From positions 1 through 20,260 of the forward strand of contig JAQWMJ010000026.1 in NCBI GenBank assembly GCA_029246845.1: DNA of 20,260 nt. The letters run 5' to 3'. Below, piece by piece: positions 9,383 through 16,829 of the stretch; positions within the stretch are counted from its first letter, which is position 1, and the number at the start of each line of letters is the position of its first letter. The notes beneath the pieces were generated by a model. The model was not told the origin of the DNA and searched no databases. It saw only the letters and a list, made by a program, of their open reading frames with translations. This DNA comes from Thermodesulfobacteriota bacterium. GTDB lineage: Bacteria > Desulfobacterota_D > UBA1144. The translations under genes and the position numbers were made by a program.

Positions 9383-10144
9383 ATGGCAATACAATTAAAA
9401 AATAATAAAAATATCGAACGAATGAATAGTTGTGGTGCAATTATTTCACAAGTTCATGAAGTTCTATTTAAACTAGTCGAGCCAGGTGTATCAACATGGG
9501 AGCTGGATAAGGTTGCAGAAGAATATACGCTTTCTAAAGGTTTCAAACCAGCATTTAAAGGATACCAAGATTTCCCGGGATCAATCTGTGCATCAATTAA
9601 TGATGAAGTTGTTCATGGTATTCCTTCAAAAAATAGAATTTTGAAAAAGGGTGATATAATAGGAATTGATTTTGGTGTCTTTAAGGACGGTTTTTATGCT
9701 GATTCTGCTTTTACCTTTGGTGTTGGTGACCTTGATAATCCGACCCAAAAGCTTATTGATGTAACAAAGAAATCGTTAGAGAAAGGAATTGAGAAAGCAG
9801 TTGTAGGTAACAAGCTTTATGATATTTCTAAAGTAATCCAGGATTATGTTGAAGAAAACAATTTCTCTATAGTTAGGTCATATGTTGGACATGGGATTGG
9901 AAGAAATCTTCACGAAGATCCTCAGGTGCCTAATTTTGTTTTAGAATCTGAGAATAGAGAAAAGTCCCTTGATCTTGTCGAAGGGTTGGTGATAGCAATA
10001 GAGCCTATGGTTAATGTTGGAAAACCAGATGTTAAAGTATCTGATGACAATTGGACTGTTGTTACTAAAGATGGTAGCCTATCTGCACATTTCGAACACA
10101 CAATCGCAATAACTAAAAAAGGACCAGTTAATTTAACTAAATAA
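9383..10144 (+). CDS. map: Type I methionine aminopeptidase
   Basis: [43 protein letters not shown]. Confidence 0.98.
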   Translation: MAIQLKNNKNIERMNSCGAIISQVHEVLFKLVEPGVSTWELDKVAEEYTLSKGFKPAFKGYQDFPGSICASINDEVVHGIPSKNRILKKGDIIGIDFGVFKDGFYADSAFTFGVGDLDNPTQKLIDVTKKSLEKGIEKAVVGNKLYDISKVIQDYVEENNFSIVRSYVGHGIGRNLHEDPQVPNFVLESENREKSLDLVEGLVIAIEPMVNVGKPDVKVSDDNWTVVTKDGSLSAHFEHTIAITKKGPVNLTK

Positions 10145-10146
10145 AT

Positions 10147-10365
10147 ATGGCAAAAGAAGATAGAATAGAGTTAGAAGGAACAATTTTAGAGGCATTACCT
10201 AATGCTATGTTTAAAGTTGAACTTGAAAATGAACACAAAATACTTGCATATGTTTCAGGTAAGATGAGAACACATTTTATTAGAATACTACCTGGTGATA
10301 AGGTCAAAGTTGAGGTTTCTCCTTATGATTTGACAAAAGGAAGAATAACCTATAGATTGAAGTGA
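10147..10365 (+). CDS. infA: Translation initiation factor IF-1
   Basis: [48 protein letters not shown]. Confidence 0.99.
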   Translation: MAKEDRIELEGTILEALPNAMFKVELENEHKILAYVSGKMRTHFIRILPGDKVKVEVSPYDLTKGRITYRLK

Positions 10366-10404
10366 GTTTATAAGATATAATATAAGCTTTTTATTGGAGA
10401 GATT

Positions 10405-10785
10405 ATGCCTAGAATTGCAGGAGTAGATATACCGGATAATAAGAGAGTCGATGTCTCTTTAACTTACATATATGGTGTAGGTCCTAAAGTATCAAAAGAT
10501 ATACTAACAAGTGCAAATATTGATCCAACTACTAAAACAAAAGACCTTACAGACTCTGATGTTTCTAAAATTAGACAATATATTGAAAGTGATTGTTTAG
10601 TTGAAGGTGAACTAAGAGTTGAAGTTCAAAATAATATTAAAAGACTATCTGATATTAATTCATATAGAGGAATCAGACATAGAAAAAAGCTACCTTCTAG
10701 GGGCCAAAGAACTAAATCTAATGCTAGAACTAGAAGAGGAAAGAAAGGCCTTGCTATTGCCAAGAAAAAGCTAGCAGCTAAATAA
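10405..10785 (+). CDS. rpsM: 30S ribosomal protein uS13
   Basis: [51 protein letters not shown] upstream. Confidence 0.99.
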   Translation: MPRIAGVDIPDNKRVDVSLTYIYGVGPKVSKDILTSANIDPTTKTKDLTDSDVSKIRQYIESDCLVEGELRVEVQNNIKRLSDINSYRGIRHRKKLPSRGQRTKSNARTRRGKKGLAIAKKKLAAK

Positions 10786-10803
10786 TTTTGGAGCATTTAT
10801 AAA

Positions 10804-11187
10804 TTGAAAAAAGTTAAAAAAACTAAAAAAGTAAAAAAATTTGTTGAGTCAGGACAGGCTCATATTCAAGCCACTTTTAACAATACAATAATTACTATCA
10901 CCGATGAATCAGGAAATGTTTTATCGTGGGGAGCTGCTGGAAAAAAAGGTTTTAAAGGTACGAGAAAAGGAACACCTTTTGCGGCCCAAATGGCCGCAGA
11001 AGATGCAGCAAAAAAAGCACTAGAATTTGGTATGAAAACCATATCAGTTTTTGTTAAAGGACCAGGACCTGGGCGTGAAACGGCTATAAGATCAATACAA
11101 AATGTAGGAATTAAAGTAAGTTCAATAAAAGATATTACTCCTTTGCCACATAATGGTTGTAGACCACCGGCAAAGAGAAGAGTTTAA
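10804..11187 (+). CDS. rpsK: 30S ribosomal protein uS11 (TTG start)
   Basis: [52 protein letters not shown]. Confidence 0.99.
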   Translation: MKKVKKTKKVKKFVESGQAHIQATFNNTIITITDESGNVLSWGAAGKKGFKGTRKGTPFAAQMAAEDAAKKALEFGMKTISVFVKGPGPGRETAIRSIQNVGIKVSSIKDITPLPHNGCRPPAKRRV

Positions 11188-11197
11188 GAGGTATAAA

Positions 11198-11827
11198 TTG
11201 TCTAGATATACAGGACCAACAACAAAACTATCAAGAAGGGAAGGCCAAGAGCTTTTCTTAAAAGGCGATAGATCTTATACTGATAAGGCTGCTAGACGTC
11301 TTGATGTTAAACCAGGACAGTCACAGTCTAATTTTAGACAAAAATATTCTGAATATTCGGTCAGACTAAGAGAAAAGCAAAAATTAAAAAGGATTTTTGG
11401 ACTAACAGAGAAGCAATTTAGGAATAATTACATAAAAGCTGCCAAGGAAAATGGTGTTACAGGTCATAACTTAATTTCTAATCTTGAGAGAAGACTTGAT
11501 AATGTTGTTTATAGACTTGGAATGCTTAGCTCAAGAAGTGAAGCAAGGCAGTATGTTAATCATGGTCATATATTGGTTAATGGTAAAAAGGTGGATATTC
11601 CTTCATTTATAGTTTCTTTAAACGACCGTATCGAGCTAAAAGAAAAAATTAGAGATAATATAAGAGTTAAAAGTTCGATTGAATCAGTTGCAAGAAGAGG
11701 CGTAGCTGATTGGTTAGAGCTAAATTCTGAAAAATTAGAAGGCATTATTAAAAGATTACCAAACAGAGAGGATTTTAAACAGCCTGTCGATGAGCAATTA
11801 ATTATTGAGTTTTACTCAAAATTATAG
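11198..11827 (+). CDS. rpsD: 30S ribosomal protein uS4 (TTG start, Cys-free)
   Basis: TTG at 11198 follows SD-like AAGAGGT (11186-11192) and gives the canonical N-terminus (M)SRYTGP. LREKQK, LERRLDNVVYRLG, ARQ.V.HGH, IIEFYSK. The ORF-track start at 11153 overlaps rpsK and is unlikely. Confidence 0.98.
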   Translation: MSRYTGPTTKLSRREGQELFLKGDRSYTDKAARRLDVKPGQSQSNFRQKYSEYSVRLREKQKLKRIFGLTEKQFRNNYIKAAKENGVTGHNLISNLERRLDNVVYRLGMLSSRSEARQYVNHGHILVNGKKVDIPSFIVSLNDRIELKEKIRDNIRVKSSIESVARRGVADWLELNSEKLEGIIKRLPNREDFKQPVDEQLIIEFYSKL

Positions 11828-11830
11828 GAG
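11826..11830 (+). promoter_or_regulatory. Shine-Dalgarno site of rpoA
   Basis: AGGAG 6 nt upstream of ATG 11837. Confidence 0.7.
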
Positions 11831-11836
11831 AAATAA

Positions 11837-12880
11837 ATGGAATTTCAGAAAAACTGGCTTGGTCTCCATAGACCTAAATCTATTCAGGTTGACCAAAAGT
11901 CAAAAGCTGATAATTACGCTAAATTTACATGTCAACCATTAGAAAAGGGGTATGGCGTTACTATTGGTAATACATTAAGAAGGGTTCTGCTGTCATCGAT
12001 TCAAGGGCCAGCAATAACAAGAGTTAAGATAGATGGTGTTATGCACGAGTTCTCTACTATCCCGGGAGTAACAGAAGATGTTACTGAGATAATATTAAAT
12101 CTTAAACAATTAAAATTAAAAATGCATACTTATGAAAAACAAGAAGTTTCCTTAAGTGTTTCAGGTGAAGGTCAAATTAAAGCTTCTGATATTGAAGTTA
12201 ATCAAAATGTTGAAATTGTTGATCCTAATCAGTATATTGCCACATTGTCTGAAGGTGCCAAGTTAGATATGCACTTAACTGTAGAAATGGGGAGAGGTTA
12301 CGTACCCGTAGAAGCTAGAGAAGAAACAGTGGATCATACAATTGGTGAAGTTCAGTTAGATGCAATATATTCACCTATAGTTAAAGTTAACTATGGAGTA
12401 ACAAGTGCTAGAGTTGGAAGAAGAACAGACTTTGAAAAACTAACTTTTGAAGTTTGGACGAATGGAACAATCACACCAGAAGATGCAGTTGCTTATTCCT
12501 CAAAGATAATAAAAGAACAAATATCAGTATTTATTAATTTTAACGAAGAAGAAATTGATGCCATACCAGTAATAGAAGATATTAAAGAAGAAATCACAGG
12601 TGGAGAGGATGTGTTATTTACAAAAGTAGAAGATTTAGACTTTTCAGCACGTTCTTTGAATTGTTTAAGTAAAGCCAATATTAAATTCTTAGGAGACCTG
12701 ATTCAATTAAGTGAAGACGATTTATTAAATCTAGAAAATTTTGGTAAACGTTCTTTATATGAAGTAAGAGATGTAGTTGCTTCATTTTCTTTAAAATTAG
12801 GCGAGGATATTAATAGAGATTTGTATTTTGAGCAAAGAAAGAAGAAAGAGGAAACAGAAGTAAGTGAAGATGTAGGTTAA
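11837..12880 (+). CDS. rpoA: DNA-directed RNA polymerase subunit alpha
   Basis: PLEKGYGVTIGNTLRRVLLSSI.G, HEFSTIPGV.EDV..IILNLK, DAIYSP; alpha-CTD SARSLNCL...NFGKRSL. Confidence 0.99.
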   Translation: MEFQKNWLGLHRPKSIQVDQKSKADNYAKFTCQPLEKGYGVTIGNTLRRVLLSSIQGPAITRVKIDGVMHEFSTIPGVTEDVTEIILNLKQLKLKMHTYEKQEVSLSVSGEGQIKASDIEVNQNVEIVDPNQYIATLSEGAKLDMHLTVEMGRGYVPVEAREETVDHTIGEVQLDAIYSPIVKVNYGVTSARVGRRTDFEKLTFEVWTNGTITPEDAVAYSSKIIKEQISVFINFNEEEIDAIPVIEDIKEEITGGEDVLFTKVEDLDFSARSLNCLSKANIKFLGDLIQLSEDDLLNLENFGKRSLYEVRDVVASFSLKLGEDINRDLYFEQRKKKEETEVSEDVG

Positions 12881-12884
12881 TTTT

Positions 12885-13322
12885 ATGCGACATAGAGTTA
12901 GAAAAGGAAAATTAGGATTAAAGACAGAACACAGATTATCAGTATTGAGAAATCTTTGTACAGAATTGTTTAGGCATGGAAGAATAACTTCAACAGATGT
13001 TAAGATTAAAGAGCTAAAAAGGTTTAGTGAGAAAATTATCACAACAGCTAAAACAGACTCTGTACACTCTAGAAGATTGGTAAATACAAAAATAAAAGAT
13101 AAGGATATCCTAAAAAAATTATTTGAAGAAATAGCTCCTTCTTTCTCTGAAAGACCCGGTGGCTACACTAGAATAGTTAAGCTTAATTTCAGAAGAGGTG
13201 ACGCTGCACCTATTTCTTTGATTGAGTTAGTTGGAATGCAAGTCCCATTCCAAGATAAGTCTAAAATTGATTCCCCCGAATTAGTTGATGAAAAAGTAGT
13301 TGATTCAAAAAAGGTGGAATAA
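12885..13322 (+). CDS. rplQ: 50S ribosomal protein bL17 with an acidic C-terminal tail
   Basis: MRHR, HR...LRNL, RPGGYTRIVKL..RRGDAAP...IELV. Confidence 0.98.
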   Translation: MRHRVRKGKLGLKTEHRLSVLRNLCTELFRHGRITSTDVKIKELKRFSEKIITTAKTDSVHSRRLVNTKIKDKDILKKLFEEIAPSFSERPGGYTRIVKLNFRRGDAAPISLIELVGMQVPFQDKSKIDSPELVDEKVVDSKKVE

Positions 13323-14345
13323 ATGACAAATAATATTGGGTTAATTTTAGACCCGAGTTCTTTCGACAATTTGAAATATGTATCTCAAAAAGCAGAGAAA
13401 AACGGTTTCCATTCTCTTTGGGTTACAGAGCTATATAGAAGTTCTTTCGAGCAACTAAGCTATCTTTCATCTATAACAAGCACTATAAACTTGGGATCAG
13501 CCGTTACGCTTGCTTTTACTAGAAGTCCTCTTGTGACAGTTATATCAGCTCACGATATAGATGAAATATCAAATGGAAGACTAGTCTTAGGGTTAGGTTC
13601 CGGAGCTATTAATACAAATCGTAAGTGGCATAACTCACCCCTCTTTGACAAACCTACAGAGAGAATGGGAAGTTTTCATCAATTATTTAGAAAAATAGAG
13701 GAGTCTCTATTTAATCGTTCAGATTTGATATATAAAGATGAATTCTATGATTTATCAATTAAATCCTTTAGAAGACCCTTTGAACCTTTTAGAAAGCAAA
13801 TACCGCTATATTTAGGAGGCATTGGTCCAAAGATGACTAATTTATCAAGTGAAATCTTTGACGGCTATATTGGGCATGTTGTATGCTCTATGGATTATCT
13901 AAAGAATGATATAGTTCCATATTTTAAAAAGAATGATTCAAAAGCAAAAATAACGTCAATTGTATTATGTTCAATAAATGAGGATAAGAAGAAAGCAATT
14001 GAAGATGCTAAGGGTACGATTGCCTTCTATGCAACGGTTAAAGCTTACTCTAAACCTTTTGTAGATTTGGGTTATGAAAAAAATGTAGAGAAGATTAGGG
14101 ATGCTTTCTTTGTTTCTAACAATAAAAAGAAATATAATAATAACAAAGAAGAAATTATAAAGAATGTGCCGGATGAAATGGTTACTGACTTTGCTATTTG
14201 TGGTTCAAGAGAAGAAGCAAAAGAAAAGATTATGGAATATCAAAAGCTTTTATCTTTTCCAATTCTAACTGCTCCTCATTACTACTTAGAGGAAGCTACT
14301 GTGAGACATTATCAAGATCAAATCCTAGAGACTTTTAAGATTTAA
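13323..14345 (+). CDS. LLM-class (luciferase-like) flavin/F420-dependent oxidoreductase
   Basis: AE..GFHSLWVTE, T..INLGSAV..AFTRSP, D.IS.GRLVLGLGSG, IPLYLGGIGPKM..L..E..DG, VPDEMV..FAICGS are typical LLM TIM-barrel motifs. Substrate and cofactor cannot be determined from sequence. Confidence 0.88.
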   Translation: MTNNIGLILDPSSFDNLKYVSQKAEKNGFHSLWVTELYRSSFEQLSYLSSITSTINLGSAVTLAFTRSPLVTVISAHDIDEISNGRLVLGLGSGAINTNRKWHNSPLFDKPTERMGSFHQLFRKIEESLFNRSDLIYKDEFYDLSIKSFRRPFEPFRKQIPLYLGGIGPKMTNLSSEIFDGYIGHVVCSMDYLKNDIVPYFKKNDSKAKITSIVLCSINEDKKKAIEDAKGTIAFYATVKAYSKPFVDLGYEKNVEKIRDAFFVSNNKKKYNNNKEEIIKNVPDEMVTDFAICGSREEAKEKIMEYQKLLSFPILTAPHYYLEEATVRHYQDQILETFKI

Positions 14346-15010
14346 CTTTTAGTAGCAATATAGATAGTTACTAATCCAAAATTGTATTGAACATTCTTAT
14401 TAACAGTGAAACCGTTTTTACTTAAAACCTGGTTCATTTCATCTTTAGAATAAAAAGACTCTATTGAATTGGCGAGATATTTATACTCATCATATTTAGA
14501 GAACAAGAAGCCTATAAAAGGAATTATATAATTTAAATATATGTTATATAGATTTTTTATTAAAAAGTTCTCAGATTTTGAAAATTCCATAATCATAAGG
14601 ACTCCATCTTCTTTTAATACTCTTTTTATTTCACTTAAACTATTAGCTATAGACTTTGTATTTCTAATACCAAAAGTTATTGTGGCAAAGTTAAAACTTG
14701 AATCTAGAAAAGGCATTTCTTCACAAAAACCTTTTTTAAAGAGTATTGTATTATCTGAATTTTTCTTCTTAGCAATCTCAAGCATCATACTACTTGGATC
14801 ATATCCTACAACTTTAACATCTGGGAATTTTTCTTTAATTGATATGGCAATGTCACCGGTTCCTGTAGCTAAGTCAACGACCTCACCATGAAAATTAATT
14901 AAATTTATAAAATCATTTTTCCATTTTTTATGAAGACCAAAGCTTATAAGTTGATTAATAAGATCATAATTTTTTGAGATTGAGTCAAATGTTTTTTTTG
15001 TATCTGGCAT
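14342..15010 (-). CDS. ubiE: UbiE/MenG-family quinone C-methyltransferase
   Basis: FDSI..NYD..N..ISFGLH..W, SAM motif VDLATGTGD, TI.FGIRN, E..RVLK..G...IMEFS, Y.YLA.SI..F. Confidence 0.92.
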   Translation of the reverse strand: MPDTKKTFDSISKNYDLINQLISFGLHKKWKNDFINLINFHGEVVDLATGTGDIAISIKEKFPDVKVVGYDPSSMMLEIAKKKNSDNTILFKKGFCEEMPFLDSSFNFATITFGIRNTKSIANSLSEIKRVLKEDGVLMIMEFSKSENFLIKNLYNIYLNYIIPFIGFLFSKYDEYKYLANSIESFYSKDEMNQVLSKNGFTVNKNVQYNFGLVTIYIATKS

Positions 15011-15864
15011 TAAACTTCATTTGATATCTTTGATGCTAACGATATATCACCAGCTGTCATAATATGAACTCCATGAAGGTCTTTTTTATACTTTTTTAAA
15101 AGTTTAATTAAATATTTAGATGAAATTTTTAAAAAATCTTTTTCATTAGACTTTTTAAGTTCATCAAAGAGGATATTGTTCCTATTTATACCATCTATTT
15201 TACTGTTAAGATTCTTAAAAGTTTTTTTATTTTTTATAGGAAAAATCCCAGCAAATATTTTACATTTGGAAAACTTTGAGAGCTTAGTAAGATTAACAAA
15301 ATCCTCTTCTGAGTAAAGTGGTTGAGTTATTAGGAAGTCTGATCCTATGTTTTGTCTCTTTATTAAAGTTCTCTGGATATTCTTTAGCGGTAGATTAATA
15401 TTTAAAGTTGATCCTATAGTAAATTTAGGATAAAAATTTATTAAATTCCTAGAATAGTCTATGCCTTTATTTAAATTATTTACTAACGATATTAATTCAT
15501 TTGTTTTTAATTCAAAAACTTCCTTCGATTTTTTGCTATTTCCTATTGATATTGGATCACCTTTTACTAATAGCAGGTTAGAGATACCCATACTAGCAGC
15601 ACCGAGTATTTCGCTTTGTAAGGCTAACGTATTCTTGTCTCTAGTAGAAAAGTTTATTATCATTTTCTTAGGATTAATTCCCTTCAATATAAGCTTGTGA
15701 GCGTATGAAATTGGTGTAATTCTTAGGTTGGCCATAGGCGCGCATGCTATGTCTAATAAATCGAATGATTTATTAGACTTAACGATCTGATTTAATAATA
15801 AATTATCAATTTTGTACCTTGAAGGTATAATTTCTATAGATTTAATAAATTTTTTTTTAATCAA
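15010..15864 (-). CDS. metF: Methylenetetrahydrofolate reductase domain protein (YitJ C-terminal type), TTG start
   Basis: SIEIIP, PMANLR, FSTRDKN..ALQS..LGA...GI.NLL.V.GDP, LN.G.D, G.DF.ITQP.Y, GIFP, GVHIM match the MTHFR fold as recalled for the YitJ C-terminal domain. Stop overlaps the ubiE ATG (TAATG). Confidence 0.8.
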   Translation of the reverse strand: MIKKKFIKSIEIIPSRYKIDNLLLNQIVKSNKSFDLLDIACAPMANLRITPISYAHKLILKGINPKKMIINFSTRDKNTLALQSEILGAASMGISNLLLVKGDPISIGNSKKSKEVFELKTNELISLVNNLNKGIDYSRNLINFYPKFTIGSTLNINLPLKNIQRTLIKRQNIGSDFLITQPLYSEEDFVNLTKLSKFSKCKIFAGIFPIKNKKTFKNLNSKIDGINRNNILFDELKKSNEKDFLKISSKYLIKLLKKYKKDLHGVHIMTAGDISLASKISNEV

Positions 15865-15880
15865 TTTTGCCTACAATGTT

Positions 15881-16828
15881 ATGTTTAGATTTTATATAAT
15901 TATTATTTTATTTTCCCTAACAATCAACTCTTCTTTTTCGACCGCTTTAAACAAGAAAGATTATAACTTACTTGGTGGTTCCTTAACAGTTATTATTGAC
16001 TCTGAAGATGATCAAAAAGAAACCTTCAAAAAAATTAAAAAAAAATTACGATATATTGAAGCTATTTTGGATCCCGAAATTAGCTCTTTTTTGAGGAAAT
16101 TTAATGAATTAGAGAAAAACTCAGAGATATCTGCCCCTGACTTGTTCGTTGATGCTTTTAACTTAATGAAAGATTATAATGAGATAACTAAGAAAGCTTT
16201 TGATCCTACCACCTTCTCACTACTTTACACTGTTTCTACTATTGAGAAAGTTCGCCCCATGTTAAACAGTAAGTTGTTTGAAAAATGTATGAATCTTTCT
16301 AATATTGATGTCAAAATTACTAATGTTTTTTCTAAAAAATATTCTTGTATAAGACTTTCTTTTGACTCCTTAATTGATGGTATATTGGTGCAAAATATTA
16401 AATTCTTATTAGAAAGTAAAAATTATAATTCTTATTATATAAAATTTGGTAATACTGTATATTCAAGAAACTTTAACAGTATTACTAACACCTTTGATAA
16501 AAAAACCTCTGATGCTATTAAAAGGACAGGGATTAGTATCAGGAAGCTAGATAGTTACTCTTACCTAGTAAACTCTAATGACAAGATAAGGACGTACAAT
16601 ATTAATCTTAAAAAAAATCAGATTTCTTTGAACAATGATTTCTTTGTTATTGTGGCTTCTGATTCTCCTGTTAATAATTCAATACTTTCAAATACTTTAA
16701 ACTTAGTTGATTACACAACTTTTTCTGAGAATTTATATGAAAATGATATTCCTATTTTGATTTTATATAAACACAATGGAAACTACATTTTTAAACACAG
16801 TAAGTCCTTCGAAGCTTACTTTGACTAA
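15881..16828 (+). CDS. ApbE/Ftp-like (FAD:protein FMN transferase fold) exported protein, catalytically degenerate
   Basis: ATG 15881 gives a signal-like MFRFYIIIILFSL and avoids overlap with metF. S.L.KFN, T..AFDPT..L and LSFDSLIDG..V..I..LLES..YNSYYIKFGN align by eye with the ApbE motifs S.L.R.N, T.GAFD.T.GPL and LDLG.IAKGY.VD..L....YLV..GG. Confidence 0.65.
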   Translation: MFRFYIIIILFSLTINSSFSTALNKKDYNLLGGSLTVIIDSEDDQKETFKKIKKKLRYIEAILDPEISSFLRKFNELEKNSEISAPDLFVDAFNLMKDYNEITKKAFDPTTFSLLYTVSTIEKVRPMLNSKLFEKCMNLSNIDVKITNVFSKKYSCIRLSFDSLIDGILVQNIKFLLESKNYNSYYIKFGNTVYSRNFNSITNTFDKKTSDAIKRTGISIRKLDSYSYLVNSNDKIRTYNINLKKNQISLNNDFFVIVASDSPVNNSILSNTLNLVDYTTFSENLYENDIPILILYKHNGNYIFKHSKSFEAYFD

Positions 16829-16829
16829 T

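Noticed and set aside
1706..10365. Alternative genetic code (TGA as Trp/Gly) given the low GC
   Set aside because: TGA ends rplB, rplP, rpsQ, secY and infA at normal lengths, and Trp is encoded by TGG.
11153..11197. N-terminal extension of uS4 from the ORF track
   Set aside because: It overlaps rpsK; the TTG at 11198 has an SD and gives the canonical N-terminus.
14115..14155. Asn/Lys-rich stretch (SNNKKKYNNNKEE) in the LLM protein
   Set aside because: In-frame low-complexity loop consistent with AT-biased slippage; no evidence of function.
15812..15880. Longer start for the ApbE-like ORF
   Set aside because: It would overlap metF head-to-head; ATG 15881 yields a clean signal-like N-terminus.
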